A model generated the notes under the pieces. It was not told the origin of the DNA. It made no database searches and worked only from the letters and a program-made list of their open reading frames with translations. This document shows, piece by piece, positions 49,527 to 61,011 of a stretch of 64,000 bases of DNA; positions within the stretch are counted from its first letter, which is position 1, and each line of letters begins with the position of its first letter. Source of the stretch: a virus; IMG/VR virus record IMGVR_UViG_3300036760_000945, positions 18,852 to 82,851 of that record; one strand, written 5' to 3'. The position numbers and the translations under genes are program-made.

Positions 49527-50047
49527 GTTATCTCTCTAACCTTGCCCTCGATTACTTCTTGGGGCTGGTCAGCAGTGATTTCGACAGTTGTTACTCTTTC
49601 CCTCTGTGTAATAACCGCTGTGCCCGGACGGAGCGTAGGCCCCGTGAGTTTCTTTAGATACTCTTCAGCTATTCTGCTGGACTCCGGGGTTGGCCCGCCT
49701 TTCTCTCCAAGTTGGAGTGCCAATCTATCCTCAATCTGGGCAAGCCTGAGCTCAAGTGACAGCACATCCCCTTGAGACAGGTTGGCCTCAGCAGCACGGG
49801 CTAATAGCTTATGAAGCAAGCCCCGATGCACCTCTTGAACCTTCTCGTAGTCTTCCCTCAACATTGCGCTTCGTTGCTGCACAAGTGGCGCTGCTATATC
49901 GGGATCTTCGTTCAAGCATTTACTCAATGTCCAGGCACTGATCCCTGCTTTCTTACAAGCATCTGCCTTCGTCATTCCCTCGTCGCCAACAAGGCGCAAT
50001 GCTTCAAGAACCTTCGCTCGCTTCATTTTCTTCAGTTGCTCGTTCAT
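49523..50047 (-). CDS. Probable terminase small subunit (HTH)
   Basis: ACKKAGIS..T..EDP HTH, helical middle, EVIEG C-terminus; TATGGTATAAT at 50056-50066. Confidence 0.5.
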   Translation of the reverse strand: MNEQLKKMKRAKVLEALRLVGDEGMTKADACKKAGISAWTLSKCLNEDPDIAAPLVQQRSAMLREDYEKVQEVHRGLLHKLLARAAEANLSQGDVLSLELRLAQIEDRLALQLGEKGGPTPESSRIAEEYLKKLTGPTLRPGTAVITQRERVTTVEITADQPQEVIEGKVREIT

Positions 50048-50633
50048 AGTTTATAATTATACCATAGCACAATATCTTTCTATAGGAGGTAAAGTGAAGG
50101 CTACCGAGATACTAGAGTTGTTCGATCAGATTATTATTCGAAAGGTCAACGGGGAATATTATGCTGCCCTTGAGACAGTCAAGCCACCCAATCAACGCCA
50201 TGCTATATTAGCAAGCGGGGAGTCTAGCCCAAGTCCCACGGAGGCATTGAAGAGATTACTTGATCAAGAGATTGTTCGCTGCCCAGAATGCCAAAATCGT
50301 ATGGAGTGGGCCAATCAACAGACAAGGGACGGGATTGAATTTCTACCCAGATGTCCTTCTTGTAAAAGGATCGGTAGTATGGAACTGCAAGCGGAAGGAG
50401 TAACTATATGAGTAGACCAGTGCCAGCAATAGAACCCATTGATGGTATGGGGGTATTCTGTAGGTACTTCAATGTTACTGGAAGGCTTCTCAATGACTGT
50501 GTATCAATCACCGCGAAAACTACAGCGAAGAAGACCAAGCAGCTATTCGCTTCAGATTTCTATATTATCTCGAGCGCAGCACTTCGGGTTGCCGCGGAAA
50601 TTCGCTTACATCAGAGAAAGATAGGAGGCTAGC

Positions 50634-51026
50634 ATGGGCACGAGAGGAATACGTCTCTCAAAGAAACATGGTGTTAACCCATCTCTAATAACCTGCTTTT
50701 ACTGTGGTGAGGACAGTGGGGTAGTGCTCTTTGGACACTTGCCCAATGATGCAGAGGCTCCTCATAGGGCCGGCTGTATAGATAGGCAGCCCTGTCCCAA
50801 ATGTGTGGAACGGATGAAGCAGGGGATTATTCTCATCTCGGTACGCGATGGTGAAGAGGGGGATAATCCATATCGTACTGGTGGCTGGGTACTGCTGAAG
50901 GAGGAGGCACTTCTTCGAGTGGGCATTCATCCACAAGAATTGCTAGATGATATTCTAAAGAGGCGAGTGGCTTTTATCCCAGATAATACCTGGGCAATGC
51001 TTGGCCTACCGAAGATAGGAGAGTGA
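50634..51026 (+). CDS. Hypothetical Zn-binding protein
   Basis: HGVNPS..CFYCG..PCPKC; GGAGG RBS. Confidence 0.7.
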   Translation: MGTRGIRLSKKHGVNPSLITCFYCGEDSGVVLFGHLPNDAEAPHRAGCIDRQPCPKCVERMKQGIILISVRDGEEGDNPYRTGGWVLLKEEALLRVGIHPQELLDDILKRRVAFIPDNTWAMLGLPKIGE

Positions 51027-51597
51027 AATATGCCCGAGACAGTGAGCGTACTCAAGGTTCGAGTGGTAGGATACTATACTGTTCCAGAGGCCGAGACCAC
51101 AGATTGTATATGCTGTCACGATGCTGATTGGGCCGATGTGTTAATCGAGGGTATCTGTGGCAGATGTCTCTTGGAGGCTTACCATGAAAGGGAGAAGCAA
51201 TGCGTCGAGGCAAGCGCGTAAAAGTCGTAGAATTGCCAAAGGCTGATCCTGTTGAGATCCACTATGTGGTACAGCCAGGTATCCCCGTAGAGATCCCTGT
51301 TATGGAGCCCGTGAAAGTTGAAACTATCAAGAGCCCAGAAAGGAAGTTTGTGCGAAGATGAAAAGGAATCTCACAACACGTAATAAATTTGACGCCAATT
51401 ATGTCCTTAAGGTACTCAAGACAACTTCTCCAGATCTTCTGGATCAAACCCCCGAACTCCGGCGGGTACTGGAAGAGGCATGTCACCTTATACTTATGCT
51501 AAACAATATGCTGGGCGAGATAGGCCTATGGTACAGAGACGCCCCGGAATGGATAGAATGAGGACTCTCTTTTATCTAAATAGCTCAAAGGAGAGCA

Positions 51598-52107
51598 GTG
51601 GCAACCTTATTTCTAAAAACGATCGCGTATGACGCAGACCGCAAAGGCTTTTATTCTCCAAGTTGGAGAGATTTCCTGTGGTCCCCGGAAATTGTTGTAG
51701 CCCAATGTGAAAAGTGTGCACCTACTGGAGAGATAGGGCTAAATTGTACTTGCGGTATCTATGGCAGCCCAAATATTGAGACGCTAGAGGAATATCACAA
51801 GTATCCCAATAGTGTTGTTGCAATCATGGCCGCCTATGGGCGCTTTGATATCTGGACGGGACCAGCAGATCTCGCTGCATTCTATGTAATCCGCTGCTGG
51901 GGCGCTAAGATAGTCAGCATCCTGATCACTGATATAGTCACAAAGTATAATGTTTCAGGTCAGCGCGCCATGAGTTTTGTGCGTGCCCTGGAGATGTTCA
52001 ATATCGAGGAGGGGAAGCAATTCTATCTTGCTAAAGAAATGGTACGCCAAAGCTGGCTCAAGACAGTGAATATCGATCCATTTATGCCCTATAAGGAGGA
52101 AGAATGA
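51598..52107 (+). CDS. Hypothetical protein
   Basis: CTCGIY motif; AAGGAG RBS. Confidence 0.65.
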   Translation: MATLFLKTIAYDADRKGFYSPSWRDFLWSPEIVVAQCEKCAPTGEIGLNCTCGIYGSPNIETLEEYHKYPNSVVAIMAAYGRFDIWTGPADLAAFYVIRCWGAKIVSILITDIVTKYNVSGQRAMSFVRALEMFNIEEGKQFYLAKEMVRQSWLKTVNIDPFMPYKEEE

Positions 52108-52837
52108 CCAAGGAGATGATTTGGGTAATGCCTGAGGCTATAGCAATGCTCTTTGAGGAGACTCTACAAATGGATTCAGAGTCTTCTTGGTTTGATCCAG
52201 AGTTGCGGACTCAACTAAAGCATGAACTTCAGGTAGGTAAACAATATACCGAAGAGAATTATCGCGAACTTGTCCTAAAGAAGATAGCGAAGGAGACAGG
52301 AGAATAAATGAATACAATTGAGGCACGTAGTGAAATCGAGAGACTTTTAGCTTCTGGCGTTTGTATTGCTATTGCGGGGAATCCAACCCCAGGCATCCCA
52401 ACTATCCAGGCGCTACCCGAGGCAGAACACTGTGGCTTTGGCTACTTTATAGGCAGCACCAAGACGGGGAAGAAATTCTCCTTTGATGGCGGTGGTGCAA
52501 TGCGCTCAGTTTATAAGGGCAAGGAGTGGCTCTTTTGTTGGACTTCAGTAACTGGCAAAGAAGCATATCCCGAGCTAGGCTTATCCCCGGTTGCTCAACA
52601 GCTTGAACTGGATCAACTCTTTGAGGATAACAAAGGAGACTAAATGGAAAGGTTTGCTGTTGAGGAGTTTGATAAGAACACCTATCAGATCATTGATCGG
52701 TTCGGCAATTTTGAGCTCTGCCGCTGCAACAATTTTGAGGGTCACGAAAATGCAAAGCACAGGGCTAAAACAATAGCAGCATCGCTAAATTTGCTTGAAC
52801 TTTTAGTTGCCAAGCTAATCGAGGAGATAGAGCTAGA

Positions 52838-53629
52838 ATGACAAACCAGATCCATATCATAAAACGTGGTTGTGGCTGGCCGGTCGCCGGAAAAATTTAT
52901 ATGAGTGTGCCAGCCACTGAAGAGAAAGGCGGCTTTTATGGCACGCCCATTTGGGACTTCGTTGTCTGCCCTACGGCGCCTCTTGGTACTTTCGAGATAT
53001 CTGCACAAGGCATGACTGATGTAAGCCGGCAGTGTACTAATGCCGAGGGTAAAGAGATCTTCGATATCTGGGACTGGATTGGCGCAAGTAACTATCCTAA
53101 TCCTACCGACTGGCTCTTGGAGGCAGACAAGTTTGGCTTCCATCAGTTGATCGAGCGTACATTCCCCTTCGAGAAGTTGACGCCTGAGTCTATGTATCTC
53201 GCAGTGCATCCGCGAGCCGGCATCAAGGATATTGTACCCTACTATCATAATAGGATACACACAGACTATCCTGATTGCCCCCAGAATCACGAGCTGCATA
53301 TCACACCCACGGAGGAGTGGCTCAATCTAATGCCTGATACTTGCGCTGGTCTGTTCTTCAATGATCTCGTTGAGGGCAATAAGCTCGCCGGTGCCCGGGA
53401 AGTAGAACGGGCAATGCCAAGTTTCAATTACCAAGGCTTTTCAGCACCCATTAAAAGCCTAGAGGATAGTGAAAATCATTATCCCGCGATCTTCTTTAAG
53501 CTGCCAATTGGGCGAATCGGCGATTGGCTAGTTTATGAGGATAGCGCCGAGAAAACACACGAGGATGCACTGAAGGAATTAGAGCGATTAGATAAGAAGC
53601 TGCAAAGGATACAAATTGTCCAGCTATAG
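52838..53629 (+). CDS. Hypothetical protein
   Basis: 263 aa; RGCG, DWIG..YP motifs; ATGA coupling. Confidence 0.7.
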   Translation: MTNQIHIIKRGCGWPVAGKIYMSVPATEEKGGFYGTPIWDFVVCPTAPLGTFEISAQGMTDVSRQCTNAEGKEIFDIWDWIGASNYPNPTDWLLEADKFGFHQLIERTFPFEKLTPESMYLAVHPRAGIKDIVPYYHNRIHTDYPDCPQNHELHITPTEEWLNLMPDTCAGLFFNDLVEGNKLAGAREVERAMPSFNYQGFSAPIKSLEDSENHYPAIFFKLPIGRIGDWLVYEDSAEKTHEDALKELERLDKKLQRIQIVQL

Positions 53630-53648
53630 TTTCCAACCTGGAGGATAA

Positions 53649-53909
53649 ATGGCACCCAAATTCAGCTTAGGCCAACTTGTAGCAACCCCTGGCGTATTAG
53701 GACTGGGGATAGATCTAACTCCCTATTTAGATCGTCATGTAAGTGGTGACTGGGGGGACTTAGAAGAGGAAGATAAAGCCGAGAACGAACTATCGCTGAA
53801 GGAAGGCTTTCGCTTGCTTTCGGCCTATAATACTATTGCTGGTAAATTTTGGATTATCACAGAGGCCGATCGTTCCTCAACGTGCTGCCTTTTACCTGAA
53901 GAATACTAG
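53649..53909 (+). CDS. Conserved plasmid/phage early protein
   Basis: VATPG..RH..GDWG..WIITEADRS..LLPEEY. Confidence 0.75.
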   Translation: MAPKFSLGQLVATPGVLGLGIDLTPYLDRHVSGDWGDLEEEDKAENELSLKEGFRLLSAYNTIAGKFWIITEADRSSTCCLLPEEY

Positions 53910-53921
53910 AAGGAGGATAAT

Positions 53922-54539
53922 GTGGAACCAATTGAGACCATCGAATATAAAGAGCACACTATTGAAATTCACTATGATCTGGACCCTGAGGATCCCCGTG
54001 AGTGGGAGAATCTGGCTACAATGTTTTGCCTCCATCACCGCTATAATCTGGGCGATAAACACAGCCACGAAACTGTCGAAACCTGGCTCGAAGAGTTAGC
54101 TTGCCCGGGCATAGAGGCAGATGAGCTGGAGGATCTCACAGAGGAACAACTATGGGAGCTTATAGACAAGCACTATATGTGGCTTCCCTTGTATCTCTAT
54201 GATCACAGCGGTATCACCATAAGCACCTCCCACCAATATCCCTATAATGATCGCTGGGATGCTGGGCAGGTAGGGTATATATATGTGAGCAAGGAAAAAG
54301 CATTGAAAGAGTATAACAAAAAGCGCTGGTCAAAGAAATTTGAGGCTGTAATTGTACACGCGCTTGAGACTGAGGTAGAAGTATATGATAATTACCTTTG
54401 CAATGAGGTCTATGGTTATATACTCAAGGACCAAAACGATAAAGAAGTAGACTCCTGCTGGGGCTACTATGGCGATACGGGCAAGAAGCAGATGATTCAA
54501 GAATGTAAAGAGGCGATTGATCGCCGCGAACGCAATTAA
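53922..54539 (+). CDS. Conserved acidic phage early protein
   Basis: PREW..RYNLGD..LYDHSG..WDAGQVG..SCWGYYG. Confidence 0.75.
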   Translation: MEPIETIEYKEHTIEIHYDLDPEDPREWENLATMFCLHHRYNLGDKHSHETVETWLEELACPGIEADELEDLTEEQLWELIDKHYMWLPLYLYDHSGITISTSHQYPYNDRWDAGQVGYIYVSKEKALKEYNKKRWSKKFEAVIVHALETEVEVYDNYLCNEVYGYILKDQNDKEVDSCWGYYGDTGKKQMIQECKEAIDRRERN

Positions 54540-54577
54540 GTACATAGTAAAACTCTCAGATTCATAAGGAGGCTGCT

Positions 54578-54931
54578 TTGGGTTACGACACTTATCACCG
54601 ACTGATTGTTCTTGAGGAAGATGGAGTAACTGAAGTCCACGATTTACTACTCAATGATGAGCTTGTCGATGGAGATAGTACAACTATTGGCAATCTCATT
54701 AACGGCAACGTAGACGCTTGTCACTGGTATAATTCCCAAGAAGAAATGACTGTACTCTCTAAGAAGTACCCTCATTACATCTTTGACCTGACTGGGGACG
54801 GTGAGGATCAAGGAGATATTTGGAATGCGTTTTACTGGAATGGTCGTTCCTATAGGTGGAACCTGGAATATCAGATGCCACAGGTGGATGTGGAGCGGCT
54901 GAAGCAAGCTCCACTTGTTTTAGAGGAATAG
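54578..54931 (+). CDS. Hypothetical protein
   Basis: WY..LSKKYP..GDGE..DIW; TAAGGAGG RBS. Confidence 0.65.
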   Translation: MGYDTYHRLIVLEEDGVTEVHDLLLNDELVDGDSTTIGNLINGNVDACHWYNSQEEMTVLSKKYPHYIFDLTGDGEDQGDIWNAFYWNGRSYRWNLEYQMPQVDVERLKQAPLVLEE

Positions 54932-54934
54932 CTA

Positions 54935-55108
54935 ATGAAATGCCCTATTTGCGAAGGCAAAGGTGGCTGGGATGAAAATCATGGCGAGGGCACAGTTATC
55001 CATGAGGCTTGCCCTAACTGTGACGACACTGGCAGGGTTGGTCTCTTTAACTGGCTCTGGCTCTGGCTTTTCAATCAGGGCCTGCTAGATTTTCTCTATG
55101 ATAGATAG
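54935..55108 (+). CDS. Small CxxCxGxG zinc-finger protein
   Basis: MKCPICEGKG..CPNCDDTG; below the ORF-track cutoff. Confidence 0.6.
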   Translation: MKCPICEGKGGWDENHGEGTVIHEACPNCDDTGRVGLFNWLWLWLFNQGLLDFLYDR

Positions 55109-55277
55109 GAGCAAAAATGGAGAAAGTTGACTTAATTGCAAGCGGTTATGAATGGGAATGCCTAGAGTGTAAAGCACTCAACCATGAAATCGAGGCTCTG
55201 GAAGAAGTTATTTGTGCAAACTGTGGAGCTAAATTTGATACTGATTTAGTGGAGCACGCTTACCCATAGGAGGAACT

Positions 55278-55613
55278 ATGTATCAATACCAGCTTGATGA
55301 GATGGCAAATGTAATTGCTAGGAAGATAGCTGTTGTTTATGATGTTTTCGCTGGAGATGAGATAGAGGAGAATGTTCTTGACCTCAAGAAGCATATCCAG
55401 GCTGCGCTTGAGGAATACTGGGCAGGCAAAATAGCGCTTGTTTGGTGCATCGAGGATGTACTTGACAAAGCAGACGAACTAGGGATAGCGCTCTCAAATG
55501 AGGAAGCAGAGAATATCCTCGATGATATTTTTGATCACCACGACTGTGAGATGGGTGTATCTTGGGTCACTCTAGGCTGTGCTATTGAGGACTATCCTAG
55601 AAATGGAGAATAA
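55278..55613 (+). CDS. Hypothetical acidic protein
   Basis: GGAGG RBS; WCIEDV..HDCEMGVSW. Confidence 0.65.
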   Translation: MYQYQLDEMANVIARKIAVVYDVFAGDEIEENVLDLKKHIQAALEEYWAGKIALVWCIEDVLDKADELGIALSNEEAENILDDIFDHHDCEMGVSWVTLGCAIEDYPRNGE

Positions 55614-55992
55614 TGCCTACCTTTCAACTTGATTTTGAGGTCCTTTGTGCCTGTGGTGCTGGCCTCTGCTCAGTAAGTAGAGTATCTTATAACAGAGGTT
55701 ATCCTCAGGTAAAAGTAGAACCTTGTGAGAGGTGTTTAGAGAAAGCTGAAAACAAAGGCTTTGAAAACGGCTATGACAAAGCCCTAGAAGATCACCCTCA
55801 AGAAGGAGACTAAGATGATGAGTAAGAAATTCCTGAAAGAGCAGGCCACTGTTCTATATAAGATAATTACCAGCCAGACAGATGTTGAGAATGTGTTCGA
55901 GGGGCTCTTTGCTCTCGGTATCTTCATGACGGAATCGGGGCTAGAACTCACAGATCTAAGGTCAGAAAAGGACATAGCCAAAGGAGACAAAA

Positions 55993-56775
55993 ATGATTGA
56001 CATTTCCAAGCTCGTTGTTGAAATATGGGACTGCGATGATATACGCCTGCCCTTGAGTGGAGAGCTTACGCGTACTCCACCGGACATGGCGTTCATTCAG
56101 TCAATGATCGATCCTGGGCAGCTAGAACCTATTCTGGTTTGCCTTGATGCGGCAAACTATTTCTTAGCTTTTGGCAGGCGCCGGCTTCTGGCAGCCAGAT
56201 ATATTAAGGCTAACAATCTAGGCACAGGCGAGATCCTGGTGCGCGTGGTTGAGGCTGACCAAAATAATGTGATGCTATTCGGGCTCATTGAGAATGCACA
56301 GCGTAATGCCAACGGCATCTCCGACTATGTTGCGATCAAGACTATCTTAGAACGCGACAAGACTGCAACCTATAAAAGTATTGCTAAGGCGATTTGCAAG
56401 ACCGAGGCCTATGTCAAAACAATTGACAAGAAGTATGCCCGGGTTCCAGATTGGGCCCTGGAGGCCACACTCCAAGGCAAGATAGCAGAGACTACTGCTA
56501 TTCTTGTTGGCTCCTTCAGGCCCGCGGAGCAGAAGCAATGCCGCAATATGCTCAAGGAGAAAGACAAGCTCTCCCATGAAGAAGCGCAAAGCATCCGCAG
56601 GTTTGTCCAGAAAGAGGCCGTGGCAAGCATAATGCCTAGCCTTGGGCTGACTCCTGCTACTCCCACTAAGCAAGCCTTCTTCCCACGCAATAATATTGAG
56701 AAGATTGCCGAGCTACTCGAGGCCAAGAAGTATCCTGAGCTGCGCAAGTTTGTGGTACAATTGCTCTCTCAATAG
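55993..56775 (+). CDS. ParB/Srx-domain protein
   Basis: GQLEPILV..GRRRLLA..IENAQR followed by HTH. Confidence 0.85.
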   Translation: MIDISKLVVEIWDCDDIRLPLSGELTRTPPDMAFIQSMIDPGQLEPILVCLDAANYFLAFGRRRLLAARYIKANNLGTGEILVRVVEADQNNVMLFGLIENAQRNANGISDYVAIKTILERDKTATYKSIAKAICKTEAYVKTIDKKYARVPDWALEATLQGKIAETTAILVGSFRPAEQKQCRNMLKEKDKLSHEEAQSIRRFVQKEAVASIMPSLGLTPATPTKQAFFPRNNIEKIAELLEAKKYPELRKFVVQLLSQ

Positions 56776-56803
56776 TTTCTAAGTCGGCAACTTAGGAGGT
56801 CGC

Positions 56804-57790
56804 ATGACTAAAGTAAACATACCAGCACCACTCAGCTATGAACCGCCGAGGTGGTACCTTGAGGATTTTGATAGCATGGATGAGGCTATCGCAAAGGATA
56901 TCACAAGTGCCATCTACTGGCGAAGAGTACACCAACTAGAAGAAGAGGGCAAGAGTTTCTCCGAAGGCGATGAAGTAGCCAGCGCAACACTGCTTGCCAA
57001 TGCCATTCTCTCTTCTGCGCTCCAGGCCGATAATATTTCTGATGGTGCACACCGCGCAATGCTGCGCCAACTATGGGAGGTACAGCGGAATGGACTCTTC
57101 CACATGGCGCCCGAGGAGTACGGCTCAGTCCAAGAATGGCTGATGGATCGTATTCCCAGGCTTTCCCCCACAAGTGGCGAGCTATCTGATGTAATGTTCC
57201 TATTGGAACATCTCTTCCCGATGCTTGAGAGAATAGGTAATGGCTGGGATCCAGCTACCCTGCTCTCATTCAAAGAGCACTGGTCTAAAACAAGGGCGGC
57301 TATCCCTTATATGCGGATGATCACCAAGCAAATGAATGCTGCACTAAGTGAGATTGATTCGCGTCTCGAGGAGGAGAAAAGAATTCTCTCATCTCTGGTT
57401 ATAGCCGGCGAAGAACCAGAGGCCATAGAGCACGAACGGCGAATACTGATAGCTGTTGGAGAAGAAAAGCGCGAGGCCGAAGAGAGGGAACTAAAAGACT
57501 GGCGCGAGGGCATCGAGAAAGCACTAAACGTCATTGCAAATCCAGAGATACCGGCCGGCGATGATAGGCAAATCAAGTCGGTGTTGTTTGGAGAGGGGAA
57601 ATATAGTTACTCTTTCACAGGAATGAAAGCGCTAGTCGGGAACAAGACCGCATACTATGTCGAGATTGATAAGGACTATGAACGCGCGATCGAGTCGGCC
57701 CTGCGCACAATCGTGGACTTCCAACTCACCGATCTCGCTGTTATTCATAACCAAATCAATACACACTTCAAACTCTTCAAAGGAGGCTGA
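56804..57790 (+). CDS. Hypothetical helical protein
   Basis: 328 aa; TAGGAGG RBS. Confidence 0.7.
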   Translation: MTKVNIPAPLSYEPPRWYLEDFDSMDEAIAKDITSAIYWRRVHQLEEEGKSFSEGDEVASATLLANAILSSALQADNISDGAHRAMLRQLWEVQRNGLFHMAPEEYGSVQEWLMDRIPRLSPTSGELSDVMFLLEHLFPMLERIGNGWDPATLLSFKEHWSKTRAAIPYMRMITKQMNAALSEIDSRLEEEKRILSSLVIAGEEPEAIEHERRILIAVGEEKREAEERELKDWREGIEKALNVIANPEIPAGDDRQIKSVLFGEGKYSYSFTGMKALVGNKTAYYVEIDKDYERAIESALRTIVDFQLTDLAVIHNQINTHFKLFKGG

Positions 57791-58890
57791 ATGAAAGTAC
57801 AACTCTATGGTTGGTCTGTCAGAGGCCCAGAGAACCTTTTTCTTTATGAGAACCCAGGGCCAAAATATATAGTAGTGCTAGTCCGTTTCCCCGAGAGGGC
57901 CTTCTTAGCAGAGAACTTCCGCGATTCACTGGGGACAGTCCTTGAGACAGGCAAGATCTCATTTCATAATGACAGGAGCAAGAAATTCAAACTATCAGAA
58001 GAACAAATGAAGTGGCTGAAAATGGTTTCGGTGCTCGAGTGCCGAGTTATCAAAGTGACTGTTTAGCTTAGAACATTTGAGTGGTATAATAGTAGAAAGA
58101 GAGCAAAGATGAATAGAATAAAAAGGGTGCAACTCTATACCTGGGGGTTTGAGAACCATGGTGGTATCTTCTCGCGTGTAACTATGACCTTTATACGACA
58201 AAAATGTGCTCGCTGCTATGTACGCAGGCCACAGAATACATGGGTAAAGAAAGCACGCACCCTAAGCCATCCAGTACGCGGCACCAACGAGCTTCGTATC
58301 CCTGGCGGTTACATAGAAGGAGAATACCTATGAGCGCATTAGGCGACCTGGTTCATAATGCAGTCAGAGGCGGCGATATCGATGGGACAGCATATTCCTA
58401 TGCAGCAATGGCAGATATATCAGTTGAGGATGCAAGACAGATAATTCTGGGTGTTATACGATCATTCAAGGAGGCTACGCATGATAGAAAAGACGACTGC
58501 CCTCACAGAGAAGGCACTGGAAGCACTGTTAATCCTAACCGCGCGTGATGAAGAGACTGTTACACCACAGGACCTAGAGGCTGATCTTTGGCATATGGTC
58601 GAGTGCTTTTGCCCGGACCTAATCAATCAACAACACCAAATGGAATACAACTAATGAATAAAACACAGATGACAGACGCACTTGAATTCTTTGTTGATCT
58701 GGCCAAAGAGTGGAGTGAGGGGGAGGAACCATGCCAGCTAAGCCTGCTAGTAAACATTGATGGCTCCGGGGTTCTCTATTCCCGGAAGATGTCTAGCCGC
58801 TACCCAATAACGCAACTCATTTTCTACACGATAGAAGAACTTGCGAACTATCTGGCAAACTCTTTTGACTGGCCCGATTAGGAGATAGCC

Positions 58891-59433
58891 ATGAATGAGG
58901 AACAGATACGACGTGAGTTTCAGCAAGCAATGATAAATGTTGGCCTGGAGGTGTATCATCCACCTGATATACGCCAGACCGAAACAGCACGACCAGACAT
59001 ACTCTCGATCAACGGTGTTGTAGTTGAGTGTAAGACCATGAAGCCCAAGGAGAGGATAGAGCCCTGGTTCGATCCGAAGGAGATCAGCAATGGGCAGCGC
59101 AAGCACCTTGACTACTATTGCTGGGCCCGACACTTCCTTACATTCTTAGTGATCGGTACGCTCTGGAGACCACGCAGGCTATGGTGCATACCCTGGAAGG
59201 AATGGGTAGACATGGAGCACGTCGTGTCAAACCATGCAGAGAATCTAGCCTTCCGCATTAGCCTTTCCAAGTTGGAGGAGTTTCCCCAATATGAGCTTCC
59301 TTGGAGTCCAATAACTCACTTCTGGGTCTTCCCAGAAGGCCATCCAATCACACTTGCGCACAATCGCGGCCCTCATTTCCCTAGCGATTGGCTCCCCTAC
59401 TCGATACGATTCCCTGAGGAGAAAACAAAGTGA
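58891..59433 (+). CDS. PD-(D/E)XK nuclease, Holliday junction resolvase-like
   Basis: RPDIL..VECKT..ISNGQ. Confidence 0.7.
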   Translation: MNEEQIRREFQQAMINVGLEVYHPPDIRQTETARPDILSINGVVVECKTMKPKERIEPWFDPKEISNGQRKHLDYYCWARHFLTFLVIGTLWRPRRLWCIPWKEWVDMEHVVSNHAENLAFRISLSKLEEFPQYELPWSPITHFWVFPEGHPITLAHNRGPHFPSDWLPYSIRFPEEKTK

Positions 59434-59569
59434 GAAATGAAGAAGAGATCAGGCATAAGCTCGCCGAGATCGAGGCAGATGAACGTATCCATTACCCAAG
59501 CGCTACCATATTCGAGAATTCGCCACTTGCGCTCATACAGGCAGAAGTGGACCAAAGTATGGAGGACAA

Positions 59570-59902
59570 ATGATAAAAATTGAGATCACCAAAGACGCAA
59601 TTGTGTACCTCGCAAGTTATGCTGAAACAGATCTTGAAGACGCAAAAGCTGCACTACAGATAGCCATTGGCATGTGCTATATCGCAGGCGCCAAAGATAG
59701 AGAATGGTTCAATGCGAAGACTATAAAGCCAAAATCTGGGCTCGCGGTCCTCGGCCACATTGTCGATGAAATGGGGCAATTTGTAGATATTGTCAAGTAT
59801 AACAACAGTGATAAGAGCTGGTATAGTGTTGATGACGAGTTAGGAGAAGTTCCTGTTGCCCACTGGATGTTATTTCCCAAGCCGCCAGATACAAAGGAAT
59901 AG
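59570..59902 (+). CDS. DUF551-like protein
   Basis: C-terminal VAHWMLFPKPP. Confidence 0.6.
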   Translation: MIKIEITKDAIVYLASYAETDLEDAKAALQIAIGMCYIAGAKDREWFNAKTIKPKSGLAVLGHIVDEMGQFVDIVKYNNSDKSWYSVDDELGEVPVAHWMLFPKPPDTKE

Positions 59903-59947
59903 GGGTAATAAAACTTACCCTTGAGTATATCCCTGACGAGAAGGAGA

Positions 59948-60409
59948 ATGATGGATAAAACCAAAGAGAAGATCCTACAGATAGCCAGGACCTGGGCGGG
60001 CCTGGACGAGAAGGCATTTATTGCCCTAGTAAAAGAAAAGAAGATCGATGGCAAGTTCAATCCCGCTAACTGGGATAAATATATGGCGGCCATCAAGAGC
60101 ATAGCAATGAGGCCCACCAAGGAGCCCAGGTGTGAGATCTGCCAAGCGCCAATGAGAAGGAGACACCAGGGTGGTTCCTTCCCCCAACAATGGACCTGCT
60201 CCGCAGTGGCAACCCATACCTTCGTCTGCCGTACCGCCAATCTCGCTCAGGCATTCAATCCAGGGCTCGATCGCGAGACAGCCTTGAAGTGGGCAACGGG
60301 CAAGAACTGCAAACACAAGATCCCGCTGTCTGAATGCCGAGAGTGTGGTATGGTGGCAATGCAAGCGAATATCAAGAAAAACTCACCTATAAAAGAAGAG
60401 GAGATATAG
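59948..60409 (+). CDS. Hypothetical Zn-binding protein
   Basis: CEIC, CKH..CREC; AAGGAG RBS. Confidence 0.55.
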   Translation: MMDKTKEKILQIARTWAGLDEKAFIALVKEKKIDGKFNPANWDKYMAAIKSIAMRPTKEPRCEICQAPMRRRHQGGSFPQQWTCSAVATHTFVCRTANLAQAFNPGLDRETALKWATGKNCKHKIPLSECRECGMVAMQANIKKNSPIKEEEI

Positions 60410-60410
60410 A

Positions 60411-60935
60411 ATGTCAGAACAGATTTATACTGTCGATGGTAAAATTCTTGGCCCTGATGGTAACTCAGTTGAGTGGATAGAGCGAGAAATTAGTTTTGAT
60501 ATAAACGACAAAGATTGGGAATGCCTATGCTCGTTCCCCCCGGAGAGAAGCGAAGATATTACATCTGCTAAAGTCCGCAGCCTGGCGCTGCTTGGTGCCG
60601 CAGTTGTACTCCTCCACAACGGTGAAATCCAAAGCCTCCCTTGTTATCTGCCCCGGTGCGTGCCCAAAAATATACAAGAAGCCATTAAGAAAGCTATACC
60701 CAATAAGGAAAAAGAGATAATGCCGCTGATCGAAAGCTGCCCCTACTGCCAACAGCAGAATGTGGAGCTGGTCGAGGCATGGTCTGAGAATTTCCAAGAG
60801 AAGGGGCCGGCGGTAGAATGTATTGACTGCGGGCTGCGTGGCATGATTGCCCAGCAAGGCGACGATAGAACAGCAATTGAAGCCTGGAACGAGATAGCCG
60901 GTCTATTCGCAAGACACAGTGAGGAGCTGACATAG
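60411..60935 (+). CDS. Protein with C-terminal Lar-like zinc domain
   Basis: CPYC..VECIDCG..AIEAWN. Confidence 0.6.
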   Translation: MSEQIYTVDGKILGPDGNSVEWIEREISFDINDKDWECLCSFPPERSEDITSAKVRSLALLGAAVVLLHNGEIQSLPCYLPRCVPKNIQEAIKKAIPNKEKEIMPLIESCPYCQQQNVELVEAWSENFQEKGPAVECIDCGLRGMIAQQGDDRTAIEAWNEIAGLFARHSEELT

Positions 60936-61011
60936 TAAAGATGGAGATGAATGAGGACAACGAACTTACAGAGGCGCTCCTTAGGAGAGCCAAACTCAAG
61001 GAGATAATCAA

